Assembly (NCBI RefSeq): GCF_006345805.1
Contig: NC_043002.1
Span: 119,536,001 to 119,600,000 of the forward strand
Length of the DNA: 64,000 nt
Source of the DNA: Octopus sinensis
Lineage: Eukaryota
Reading direction: 5' to 3'
The position numbers and the translations under genes were made by a program. Of this stretch, positions 1 to 11,559 are shown one piece after another. The notes under the pieces were generated by a model that saw only the letters and a list, made by a program, of their open reading frames with translations, was not told where the DNA came from and did no database searches. How positions within the stretch are numbered: the stretch's first letter is position 1; every line of letters starts with the position of its first letter.

Positions 1-274
1 TTTTAGCTACAATACGCAACAATACTCATAGTTGCCTGTATGATGTGGTCGCTCTTTGTTGCACACATTTTCCCACATGTCATCCTCTAACCGGACCTGA
101 AGTCTTGAGGCGAACAAAAATCAAAAGAGGATAACTGGCGGAAGTTTCAGATGAACATACTATAAAGGTCTGTTGCCCAGGGCATCTGGATATCGCTTGA
201 ACTTTCGGAATCAGAGTCTTTGTATAACATTCATAGGTTCCTGATTTAGTAGTCTTATGGGTGAGAACAGTAGA

Positions 275-583
275 GGCGCAATGGCCCAGTGATTAAGGCA
301 GCGGACTTGCGGTCGGAGGATCGCGGTTTCGATTCCCAGAACGGGCGTTGTGTGTGTTTATTGAGCGAAAACTCCTGAAGCTCCACGAGGCTCCGGCAGG
401 AGGTGGTGGCGACCCCTGTTGTACTCTTTCGCCCCAGCTTTCTCTCACTTTCTCTTCCTGTTTCTTGAGTAACGCTGCTATGGACTGGCGTCCCGTTCAG
501 CTGGGAGGAACACATACGCCACAGAAACCGGGAAACCGGGCTCATGACCCAAGCTAGGCTTGAAAAGGGCGCATAAATAAAAA
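275..583 (+). mobile_element. tRNA-derived SINE, family 1 (head GGCGCAATGGCCCAGTG..), 3' tail variant A
   Basis: tRNA-like head with A-box (TGGCCCAGTGATTAAGG) and B-box-like GGTTTCGATTCC; head shared with copies at 45433, 46164, 53723, 55218 and 60781; imperfect TSD gggtgagaacagta/gggtgggaacaata. Confidence 0.85.
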
Positions 584-681
584 ACGGGTGGGAACAATAA
601 ACACCCTACATCTAAATAAAGTTCACGGCTGGAACGAATTTGGTCCGATCAGAATTGACATCGGAGTATATCATAGAAATT

Positions 682-775
682 TACTACTACTACTACTACT
701 ACTACTGCTGCTACTACTACTACTACTACCACAACCACCGCTGCTGCTGCTGCTGCTGCTGCTACTGCTGTTCTG
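682..775. repeat. compound (CTA)n/(CTG)n trinucleotide microsatellite
   Basis: direct reading. Confidence 0.95.
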
Positions 776-1339
776 CACCTGTTGTTGCAATGAAAAAAAG
801 GTACCGTTGCAATTGTAGAAATAATGATACGCCGGATCAATTGAACCAATTTTGAATGACTTACAAGAATTTGAACTCAGAATGCAGTAGAGAAAAATTC
901 AATAAATTTGAAGTCAATTGCTACTGAGTTCACCTGGTTCTGCCCCCAGATTTATCAATATCTTCCAGATTCTTTATTGAATTATATAATCAATCCTGCA
1001 TCCGTTCTAATCATAAACTTCCTATATATTGTTTAACAGTATATTAAATAAGATTTGTTTTCGCTTTTAAAAGTCACTACATAGCCATCAATATTCATCT
1101 GTATTCATATGTTGTGTCTTTAATTACTCAATCATTTTCTTTTCTCAAACTCTTTCTCATACGCACTTCAACTATCGATCATACTCTCTCACAACCCTAT
1201 CATTTTCGCTATCACTTACTTCCAGTATTCAGTCAAGAGTATTTTTATTTATTTATATGGAAGAATACGCCTTATAACGCACATACACAGATGCCCACTC
1301 ATATACACTCACATACACATTCACTTTCAATATTGTCTC

Positions 1340-1406
1340 ATATTATATATATATATCTGTATATATAATATATATATATATGAATATATATATATATCTG
1401 TATATA

Positions 1407-1453
<47 letters not shown>

Positions 1454-1534
1454 AAATATAAATATATATATATATGTGTGTGTGTATATATATATAATAC
1501 ACAAACATATATGTATATATATAATACACACACA

Positions 1535-1568
<34 letters not shown>

Positions 1569-1689
1569 ATCTATCTATCTACCTATCTACCTATCTACCT
1601 ATGTATGTATGTATGTATGTATGTATGTATGTATGTATGTATGTATGTATGTATGTATGTATGTATGTATCTATATATCTATCTATCTT

Positions 1690-1728
<39 letters not shown>

Positions 1729-1735
1729 GTGTGTG
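1340..1735. repeat. compound (TA)n/(TCTA)n/(TATG)n/(CT)n microsatellite
   Basis: direct reading. Confidence 0.95.
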
Positions 1736-2352
1736 TAGATATATACATACCAATTTACCATTCATCCATCAACTTTTCCATCATACTGAAAATATCTAAC
1801 ACAGCGTTCTCCTAAAATAGGATTATATTGATCCCTTAGCTATTATTTATATTTTCATTATTGCATGTTATTTCCCCTGTCGTGATTTTTATGCGAAATA
1901 CTTGTCGTATGAAGGAAACAACCGATCAGCAAAATATCCGCAATAAGCACTAAACGGAAGTCATAACAATATTATTCGTACGACCGTAGCTAAAATATAA
2001 TATCATCTGTTAAAATATTAATTGAATATTCAATATGGAGGTCTTAAGTTCAGATATTCTAAAACTTCATGCGATGAGGATATTGTAGGTAGTTTATTGA
2101 TATTGCATTTGGAATAATGCATACACGGATATGTATATGTATATAGCAACATGCAGGCACGCACACACTGATGTTTGCACACTCAGACACACACACACAG
2201 ACCTATATATACATACATACATACATACGCACACACACACACAAAAAAAAATTCACACATATATGCGCATATACATGTGAGTGCGTGAATATGTGTGTGT
2301 GTATGTGTATCTGTGTGTTCATCATTGCATGTTTGGAAGGGTGTTGTTTATG

Positions 2353-2409
<57 letters not shown>

Positions 2410-2454
2410 ATATATATATATTTATATATATATAATATATAAATATGTCATATT

Positions 2455-2488
<34 letters not shown>

Positions 2489-2522
2489 ATATATATATAA
2501 TATATATATATATATGTATGTT

Positions 2523-2564
<42 letters not shown>

Positions 2565-2577
2565 GTATATATATATA

Positions 2578-2611
<34 letters not shown>

Positions 2612-2995
2612 CATGCATACATATACACATATTATTCATATATATAAATATAAATATATATATATACATAACCCAAGAAATACAATTTTGTCAATAGGTC
2701 AATTGTTACGCCATTTGGATGATGCAAATAATTTAATAACATTTGGAATTAGCTTAAAGTAATATACTCTGCTATATTTTGAACTGGTTATCGATCGTGG
2801 CAATAACCAAATGAGTTGCGTTCTGGTAGAATAAGTCGTATCACCAGCATTTAGTGTTTAAAGAAGAGCAATGTTGGGTCAGCATATTTATATCCCTCTT
2901 CAATAGTGTGGTCTTGTTGAAATTTTAACCATTTGGGATAGAATGGAATGTATAAGAACTCTTCAAATGTGAACTTCTGGTTAAGGCATATCATA

Positions 2996-3409
2996 TACTC
3001 TTTTACACTCTCTTTAACTTGTTTCAGTCATTTGACTGCGGCCATGCTGGAGCACCGCCTTTAGTCGAGCAAATCGAACCCGGGACTTATTCTTTGTAAG
3101 CCCAGTACTTATTCTATCGGTCTCTTTTGCCGAACCGCTAAGTGACGAGGACGTAAGCACACCAGCATAGGTTGCCAAGCAATGCTAGGGGACAAACACA
3201 GACACACAAACATATACATACACATACATACATATATACATATATACGACAGGCTTCTTTCAGTTTCCGTCTACTAAATCCACTCACAAGGCATTGGTCG
3301 GCCCGAGGCTATAGCAGAAGACACTTGCCCAAGATGCCACGCAGTGGGACTGAACCCAGAACCATGTGGTTGGTAGGCAAGCTACTTACCACACACCCAC
3401 TCCTGCGCC
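2996..3409 (-). mobile_element. tRNA-derived SINE, family 2 (head GGCGCAGGAGTGGCTGTGTGG.., tail ..GACTGAAACAAGTAAAAGAG), full length
   Basis: reverse complement matches full-length copies at 25787, 43276 and 56431. Confidence 0.9.
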
Positions 3410-3771
3410 TATCTTAGTGAAAACTACCTTCTTTTTTCCACATCAGTTAAAATATCCAACGGTACAGTTTGTAAGCATGATTAGTCATCCCTAATATCAG
3501 CTGATAGTGCTAAGAAGCAATATCAATAGATTTATTTTGTCTTGTGTAAATAATGATCGTTTGGAAAATTTACTGACCACAGTAACCTCCTATATCCTGT
3601 TAGAAATTCTGAGAAACGTATCTCGGAAGTCAACATTTTATGGACCGACGTCAATTTAAAGGGTATTTAACGAGTCTCATTGTCACGTTTCACTTCATAG
3701 GAACTATATTCGTCTCACTATTGTAGTTGATATCATAAATACATTATTCCAAATAATATTACAGGTATAAC

Positions 3772-3905
3772 ATAAGGCGTCGAGCTGGTAGGATCGTTAG
3801 GACGCCGGGCAAAATGCTTAGCGGTATTTCGCTCTGGGGTCAATTTAATCGACTTAGACCTTTCCACAAAATTGCTGACCTGGTGTTAAAATTTTAGACC
3901 AATAT
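3772..3905 (+). mobile_element. degraded, internally deleted SINE, family 3
   Basis: head GAGCTGGTAGGATCGTTAGGACGCCGGGCAAAATG and tail TGACCTGGTGTTAAAATTT resemble copies at 11931 and 40855. Confidence 0.55.
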
Positions 3906-4129
3906 TGCTAGTATGACGAACATTGCAGGAAAGAATAGGTAGAACGTAGTAAATAGCTTCGAGATAAAATCCTGCTCTGATTTACTTTACATTTTGTCAC
4001 ATTTGCGAAGATTAGCATTCACTTTAAAGAAATCGCCTCTGTTCTGGTTTCAACAGAAGTGTTTAAAACCTTGTCAGTTACTACTTAGCTAGATTAATGT
4101 CTGTTCAAGCATCGTCATATACAACACAT

Positions 4130-4745
4130 ATAACTGATTTTTCTATATGCTAGGCCACTGGTTTTAAATTGATATTAATCAAATTGATATTCAATTTTTC
4201 ACCCTTATTATTATAATTTTAAATTTAAATAACTATGTTCTCTGACATAGAGAATTATTTTCTGCAGAATTATTTCCGGTATTTTGGCGCGCCAAAACGA
4301 AGACTTTTGAAATATATCCTCAAAGGTAATTGGTAGAACTATATACATGTTCAATCTCATGCAGACGTCTCGTGTATTGTTCTTCAAATTATGTTCTGCT
4401 ATGACGATCACACTGACGAGTTGCGGACATCTACGTAAGTGATTACGTAAGTGGTAACAACGAAACTGGTTTGTGATTAATCTCTATATTTTTTCATTTG
4501 TCTTGCTCGCTTAAGTTCTGGCGTTTGCTAAATTTTCTTGAGAACATTCCTTTCTTAGTGGTAAGACCATAAGGGGTCGACCTCTATCATAATGGATGTC
4601 CACTTAGTGGTCATTCCTGTTATATGTATGTAATATAATTTTTCTGAATCTTTAGATTTTTCTATATGCTAGACTACTGGTTTTAAATTGATATTAATAA
4701 AATTAATATTCAAATTTTCACAATTTTCACAATTTCTATTATTTC
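4130..4745 (+). mobile_element. PLE-like terminal repeat: 519-bp unit plus partial tandem copy, containing a hammerhead
   Basis: TTCTATATGCTAG..CTGGTTTTAAATTGATATT occurs at 4141 and 4660, with a third copy of the tail at 42985-43195; ends at a (TA) run. Confidence 0.6.
4407..4477 (+). ncRNA. type I hammerhead ribozyme motif (family A)
   Basis: ATCACA-CTGACGA-GTTG..TACGTAA(GTGA)TTACGTA..CAAC-GAAA-CTGG-T-T-TGTGAT; 6-bp stem I, GUU site. Confidence 0.8.
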
Positions 4746-5439
4746 AAATATCTATATATGTATATATATGGAGAGAGAGAGAGAGAGAGAGAGATAGAGA
4801 GAGAGAGAGGGAGGGAGTGAGAGTGAGAGAGAAAGAGAGAAAGCGAAATGGAAAAAGACCGGGAAACGGAGGGAAAAAATGGGGGAGAGTAGGGAAGGGG
4901 AAGGGAGAGTGAGAAAAAGAGAGATAGAAAATCCGCTCTCATTTCTAGACAGGTACCTTGTTTCTCGACGCGAAAGATTCGCAAGCAGATTTGATTTTAG
5001 TTGTATCTGAACTCAGATGTATCAGCACTCAATGATAACAAGGAAAGGATTTTTGCTGATGCTCTATCGATTTTGTCAATTAATGTCTCTCCATACGCTA
5101 CGCTTCATTGTACCTCAATATATCAGTCTTGCACAATATTTTATTTGTCTTCATTCTATGTAAATAGATTCAATATTTTCATGCTTTGGTAGGTTATTCT
5201 TATATCAAAAGAAACTGAAAAAAATCTGTTTAGTAGAGCAGCTAGAAAAGAACAAAAAAGATCTATAAAGTTGCTTCACTCGCTAGTTTTAGCAGCCAAA
5301 TATCACCCCAGTCACATTCTTCTGTTTCAAAAAATAGAATATCAAATAATATAGTTCTAAATAGAATAGCCAACCTTCACTCGTAGCGAGTATAAGTTAG
5401 TAACATGTACCATGCTTTCGCTAATTGATGTTGGTGGCT

Positions 5440-5660
5440 AGGTAGTCGCAAGTACACATAGGTACTCTCTCAGTATCCTCACCTTTGATCCTGTCGATCC
5501 TCCAGGCTTCGACAGATGGATCCACAGGGAGCTGCACTGGCACCAATCGTCAGTAATGAGTGAGGTACACATCACAGCTGGGTAGACTGGAGCAACGTAA
5601 AAAGAAGTGCTTTGCTCAAAGACCAACACGTCAACTTGTCCAGGAATTGAAACTTAGATC
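5440..5660 (-). mobile_element. degraded tRNA-derived SINE, family 4
   Basis: minus strand TGAGCAAAGCACTT..TTGCTCCAGTCTACCCAGCTG matches 13095-13235 and 44400-44610. Confidence 0.6.
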
Positions 5661-5884
5661 TCTATTAAGGGTTCTCAACTTCTTTTTATCTATTGATTAT
5701 CACTTTATTCTGACGGACCTCCTTAGCCATTTGATATTTAAAAAAACTAATTTTATACATACTTCTTTCAAATTCCTATTTTGCTTTTCAAACTTGTTTA
5801 GGTTGAACTATGTAAAATGTTAGAGAAAGAAACCTAGCTGTTTCTTGCAATACATAGCAATACATACATCTAAACCATATTTTT

Positions 5885-5998
5885 TCAGTGGCCCTTGAAA
5901 TACAACTGCGGATCCCCAGTTTACTATTTTGTTGCGTGGACCCCTAAAATCTTATATGGACCCTCAGGGGACATATGAATTCCGGCTGAGACCCACTG
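5885..5998. mobile_element. short hAT-like MITE
   Basis: CAGTGG...CCACTG termini; internal GGACCCC motifs. Confidence 0.45.
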
Positions 5999-6418
5999 AT
6001 CTATATGATCATGAATCGGACACCCTAACTTCAAGATACACTTTGGAAAGAAATAGCTTTTAATGTTGAAGACTAATGTGGAATATCTAAAGTTGAACAT
6101 TTAAAGGTATCCAGCTGTGCATTGCAAGAAGAAAACAAAGTTTCTGACAAAGAGATGGCGTTGAGAAAAATTGAAGAGTTTTGTAGGCCATGGGAAAAGT
6201 GTAAAAGTTGCAGAGATGATGAGTAAAAGGCAATAAAAGATGGTATCCTGTCACTTGGAGAAATTGATTGTAGCAAGAATGCTGGAATTCAGTTGAGAAG
6301 AGAGCAGACTGCAGCATTGATACTCAGTTCAGGGTAACCCTGTGAGAAGAAGTGGCGTTTTGCCTTAGATTTGGAAAGGAAGCTCGTGTACATTCTGTTT
6401 ATCAGCGGAATCTAAGAA

Positions 6419-6805
6419 ATCTTTATATATAAAAGAGAAGTTGTGTGTCTGTCTCCTGCGATTTAGATTCCTAACTACTCCCACATTTTGCGGTGCAGTT
6501 TAACCAAAACCGGGTATCTTATAGTCGTGATTCATATCGAGCCCTTCTGGGTATTAGCGCGCGTCTACGATTTAAAAAAAAATTTACCATAATTTTTTTT
6601 CCATTTTAATGCCTTTTTCGCTATTATATAAGGGAAGTAATTCTCTAAAAATGTCTACGATGAGTCAACGATTAAAAAAAAAATTTACCATCATTTTGTT
6701 TCCATTTTTAATGCATTTTTTTGCTATTTTTTGGCTATAACTCTCTAAAATGCTTATATAGTTATTTCCCTTACAAACCCGAGCAACGCCGGGCGATACT
6801 GCTAG
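6419..6805 (+). mobile_element. non-autonomous Helitron-type element
   Basis: 5' TCTTTATATATAAAA; 3' hairpin CCCGAGCAACGCCGGG then CTAG; near-identical to 55514-55816; internal ~80-bp duplication. Confidence 0.75.
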
Positions 6806-7440
6806 TATTCTATACAATAGACTTCATACATAAACTGCAATATCAACAGCTAATTCTTTCTCTCTCTCCACACGCATAAGCAACATTATGTATTGGTAGT
6901 TACTACTTACTCCTCCGATGAAACCAACAACAGCAACAGCAGCAACAACAAGAACAATAATAACAAATCAACAATATTCCACTATTTCTTGAAATTGTTT
7001 GCTTTCATCTTTTCGTCAGAATTTAGTCCTTCCATCTGGCACTTTGCAGAATTAAGACGTTCTTACAATTGCTCGCATTGTTGTGCTATCTGTTACATAA
7101 TTCTCTATTCACCCGTTATTATTAGTATCGAGAAATAGTTCGTGTCAAACTACCAGTTGCCTGAAGTTAGCGCACTCAAACGTTATATTTCTACTCAAAG
7201 ACCGAATAAAATATCTATTGCTAGTATTTTACTATTAATAAGATTCATAGACAATAAATTGTTTGATTGTTTGTTTATTGTTTTCTGCCTGTTGATAGTA
7301 TCATTTTTGTTATCTTTCGGTAACTATTCAGAGGAAACATTTCCAGTTGTAAAATATTGAGGAAAAAATAACTGTAATATTTCTAATTATAATTAATACG
7401 CTGTTTACAACTTATTCTCATCATTATTTTATCTTCGAAT

Positions 7441-7627
7441 AATTTACATCATCATCGCCGTCATTGCCGTCATCTTGTCGTCTTCACCATCATCATCGTC
7501 GTCGTCGACATTATCATCATCATCATGATCACATCGCCACCATCCTCCTTTTCGTAGTCATCGTTGTTAGCGTTATATTTACCTTCGCCGCCGCCGTCAC
7601 CACCACCACCACTACCACCACCACGAA

Positions 7628-7666
<39 letters not shown>

Positions 7667-7670
7667 CAAT
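7441..7670. repeat. (CAT)n/(CGT)n/(CAC)n microsatellite tract
   Basis: direct reading. Confidence 0.9.
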
Positions 7671-8177
7671 ATTATTTTATCGCCCATTTTCTCGATAGTG
7701 CTAATATCCTGTGAGGAGCTTTTAATTATTTCTAACTTACAATCTAAGAAATCAATTATTTGTGCCAATATAAGGAATTAGTTCTGCATGCTTTCATGTT
7801 AAACAAATATTTACAGACAACTGGAGAGATAAGTGGTATTTTTTCTTTTTAATCTAAATTCTTAGCTTCTTATTTTTTAACATGTGTGCAACAAATTATT
7901 CACATCAGAAAAATTTTCATTTACTTTAAATATAATTACAAATATTTGTGATTTACAGCTTTTTGTTTCTGTCACACCAATTTTAGATTGTCCAAAATTC
8001 AGCAAACTTCATGAAATAATGTATAACTAGTTATGTTTTGTATTAGAAAATAGCAACTTCAGCAAGGCAGGTGCTAAATAAATATTGTTTTCAACAGACC
8101 GTTAACGAGTATAGAATTTAGGTACCCGTAATACAATGAGGGTGCAGTTCAGTATGCAAATCTGACCTTTGTCGTTT

Positions 8178-8523
8178 TCTTTTACCTGTTTCAGTCGTTT
8201 GACTGCGGTCATATTGGAGCATCGCCTTTAGTCGAACAAATCGGCCTCAAGACTTATTCTTTGTAAGCCTAGTACTTATTCTATCATTCTCTTTTTGCCG
8301 AACCGCTAAGTTACGGGGACGTAAACACATCGGTTGTCAAGCGATGTTGGACACACACACACACACATACGACGGGCTTCTGTTAGTTTGCGTCTACCAA
8401 ATCCACTCAGAAGGCTTTGGTCGACCCGAGGCTATAGTAGAAGACGCTTGCCCAAGTTACCATGCAGTGTAACTGAATCCGGAACCATGTGGTTGGTAAG
8501 CAAGCTACTTACCACACAGCCAC
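8178..8523 (-). mobile_element. SINE family 2 copy
   Basis: reverse complement matches the family 2 consensus. Confidence 0.9.
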
Positions 8524-8869
8524 AATGAAGATTTGTCAAGAGAATTTACATTTGTGTTATCTTACTGATGTCGAATCACCATCATTTCGTTAACATAGCA
8601 ACGATATACATCTTATCCATCGATGATATCCAACTTATATGAGGGTGGGAAGAGAGTCCCGTTGCATTGTTGACATGATTACTTTGACGGTACCTTTTCA
8701 ATACTTACTGTGTTTTTCTTCTTTCTTTGTAGATTACTTTATAACACAATAGTTAAAGTCATATCGACTTTGCCCTTTTAAAATGAGATATATCAAACCC
8801 ATGTCAGAGCTACTTCATACTGTTTGTATTCAATGGAAGCGGAAAGAAATATTCGTTCTATCTATAATC

Positions 8870-9475
8870 ATTTTAATAATTGTGCGAAGAATTGAGCGAA
8901 GTAAGGAGGCTTCACATGTCCTTCATTGCTGACAATCCCTAAAACCCTGACAGTTGCAGGACATTTTGTATGCATAACACTTGGAACATCAGAAGGGTCT
9001 GCACATAACCATCTGTTATTTCTACTGTTAACTTTTTGTTCTTGGTCGAAGTTTTTCTCGTTTGAGAAAAACCAAATCAAACCTTCTTCTGCAGGATTTT
9101 TCTGTTTGTTTAAGAATATTTTAAATCTGATGTAATGATATTCTTTTACTTTTTCTGACGAATTGACCTTTCCTCATCATATAAGACTTATATATGATGT
9201 CTTCCTGGACAACATTTCTGACTGTTCCTTCTGTCACGGTGAGATCTTTTGCAATTGACCTCATGGACTTTCTGGGGATTATAATCAATGGTCTGTTGAA
9301 CTTGATGGATACATTAAGGTGTTCTGATGATTTCAGAGGGTTTAGAATGCATTTTATGCTTTAATACTGGTGAAACGTTTCCATCGTCAGTCTCTAGCTC
9401 CTTCCAAACTTTATAGACGAAGATCTGGCAACTTATTTTAAATCTCGAAATATTTCTATATCACTATGATCTACC
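8870..9475 (-). pseudogene. Tc1/mariner DD37D (maT-like) transposase relic, N-terminal half
   Basis: WFFSNEKNFDQEQKVNSRNNRWL..VPSVMHTKCPATVRVLGIVSNEGHVKPP is homologous to the element at 13670; stops and frameshifts. Confidence 0.8.
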
Positions 9476-9547
9476 TTTATAACCACAATAATAGCATGCC
9501 TCTTCATTTTTGGCGTAAGCTGAGGGTCTGCCATTATTATTTCCTGA

Positions 9548-9580
<33 letters not shown>

Positions 9581-9583
<3 letters not shown>

Positions 9584-9786
9584 TAGCAGAAATAGGATAC
9601 TCAGAAATCTGGATGGTTTTATATTTACAGATTTTTATTAATATGTCGCATATTTTTATAAATCATTATAAGCGCTTACATCTTCTCTAGTAGTCTCTCC
9701 ATATTTGGCAAAAACATGTGACATATTAATAAAAATCTGTAAATATAAAACCATCCAGATTTCTGAGTACCTTATTTCTTCTAATA
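9581..9786. mobile_element. MITE with ~70-bp TIRs in TA context
   Basis: 9581-9651 is a near-perfect reverse complement of 9716-9786. Confidence 0.85.
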
Positions 9787-9814
9787 TATAATACCTGTAC
9801 ATCATCTCCAAACC

Positions 9815-9855
<41 letters not shown>

Positions 9856-9867
9856 TTTTTCTCTCCT

Positions 9868-10010
9868 TCTTTCTGTTGAAGAGCGTAGGCTCGAAACGTT
9901 AAAGACTTGTTTTATTTATATTCCTGAGCGCCATACTAATACAATTGTTTGTTTGTTTCCCACCTGCCTTCGTTTTTGTCTATTTTCATAAAGCTTCCCG
10001 TTTTATATAT
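9868..10010 (+). mobile_element. short PLE-like tail element (family B) with mutated hammerhead at 9868-9905
   Basis: TCTTT-CTGTTGA-A-GAGC(GTAG)GCTC-GAAACGT-T-AAAGA; homologous copies at 18045-18175(-) and 32362-32490(+). Confidence 0.75.
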
Positions 10011-10014
10011 AGAT

Positions 10015-10051
<37 letters not shown>

Positions 10052-10086
10052 ATATATATAATATATATATACATGTAATATACATG

Positions 10087-10160
<74 letters not shown>

Positions 10161-10161
10161 G

Positions 10162-10196
<35 letters not shown>

Positions 10197-10240
10197 ATAT
10201 ATATATATGATATATATATAGTATATATATATATGTATTA
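10015..10240. repeat. (TA)n microsatellite
   Basis: direct reading. Confidence 0.95.
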
Positions 10241-10302
10241 AGAGTGAAACCGGTAAAGTAAATAAACATCTTTTAAAATTGCACTTTCAAACATTCTTTC
10301 GT
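10241..10302 (+). repeat. PLE-like tail fragment (family C) carrying the 3' half of a hammerhead; inverted copy at 11443-11527
   Basis: AGAGTGAAACCGGTAAAGTAAATAAACATC..TTCTTTCG is a near-identical reverse complement of 11443-11505. Confidence 0.75.
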
Positions 10303-10391
10303 ATATATATATATATATATAGATAGATAGATAGATAGATAGATATACGTATATATATATGTATACATATATATATTATATGTATATATAT

Positions 10392-10631
10392 ATTATATTA
10401 TATATTATATTCAGTAATATCTCGACTATCGCAGGTTTTACGTTCCAAAACACCCCATGATATGTGAAAATCCGCGAAGTTGAAACAGTAGTCTACTGTA
10501 TATATTTTAAACTATTTTCATAGTTGTATATATTATTTTATTATAAATGCAAAACAATAGCACAGAGGAATCGACTTAAGCTTAAATAATAAATCGTGAT
10601 ATGGGAACCATGATATGGCGAGGAATTACTG
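10392..10631. mobile_element. pogo/Tigger-like MITE
   Basis: termini CAGTAATATCTCG...CGAGGAATTACTG in TA context. Confidence 0.6.
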
Positions 10632-10648
10632 TATATATATATATAATA

Positions 10649-10706
<58 letters not shown>

Positions 10707-10761
10707 ACTTACTTGGAAACAGAAGTACCAATATACGTATATACATACATACATATATCTA

Positions 10762-11068
10762 TATATAATTGATATAGGATAAATTTTTTTCGGGAAAAAT
10801 TTTTATCAATGGCCAGCATATCAAAAAATGCCTTAGAGGGTAAATTTATACATAATTAAAGATAAGGTAGAAGAAAAATTCTAATGCCAGATACGCCGAA
10901 ACAAAAAATTTGTCGATAACCATTAAATTTTAATTTAATGGTTATCGACAATTTTTTGGTTTCGGCGTATCTGGCATGTATAAATTTTACCTTTAAAGGC
11001 ATTTTTTGATATGCTGGCCATTGATAAAATTCTTTTCCCGAAAAATTTTTTATCCTATATGAATTATA
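10762..11068. repeat. ~300-bp near-perfect palindrome (foldback element)
   Basis: arms mirror around ~10930; left arm has a ~32-bp extra segment. Confidence 0.9.
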
Positions 11069-11255
11069 AATAGATTAGTGTTTCACGTCCGGATTCTATC
11101 ACTCTGTGAAAGTTTCTAGTTCGAATCACACGTGTCTCGAGGTGCGCCGAAGATTTTTCTATTTTGATATATTTGGGGTACTTAAGTCTGCTCGGGACTT
11201 GGTGCTTACTTCTTCCGTGGGTATGAATAAGTATTTCATTTATATCTCGCGTATG

Positions 11256-11314
11256 TGCCGCTGAAGAGGGAAAAATTTCTTGTGAATTAACCCCGAAATT
11301 GGACCAATACGGTA
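11256..11314 (+). ncRNA. type I hammerhead ribozyme motif (family H)
   Basis: TGCCG-CTGAAGA-GGG..CCC-GAAA-TTGG(A)CCAA-T-A-CGGTA; AUA site. Confidence 0.75.
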
Positions 11315-11482
11315 ATAACGAATTTTTTAGAGATTTATATATATATATATATAGGAGATGTACTCGCATAGCAAGTAATTTGATCTGAGATCGTGTGCTG
11401 AAACGAAAACAATTGCAGACGCTGCAATTATATATATATATACGAAAGAAGGTTTGAAAATACAATTTTAAAAGATGTTTAT

Positions 11483-11527
11483 TTACTTTACCGGTTTCAC
11501 TCTTTAGAAAAAGATTGTCAAAAGTAA
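11483..11527 (-). ncRNA. degenerate hammerhead motif (family C)
   Basis: TTACTT..TCTTT(TTCT)AAAGAGT-GAAACCGGT-A-AAGTAA; CUGANGA core decayed. Confidence 0.45.
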
Positions 11528-11559
11528 CATGTAAAAGTTTGGTTGTGTTAATTATTGGT

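Noticed and set aside
4282-4297. E2F-like palindrome TTTTGGCGCGCCAAAA as a promoter element
   Set aside because: It lies inside the PLE-like repeat unit, and no gene start is supported
4347-4440. Signal-peptide-like exon MQTSRVLFFKLCSAMTITLTSCGHL followed by GTAAGT
   Set aside because: The 'donor' sites are the TACGTAA hairpin of hammerhead stem II inside a dispersed repeat, and no compatible downstream exon was found
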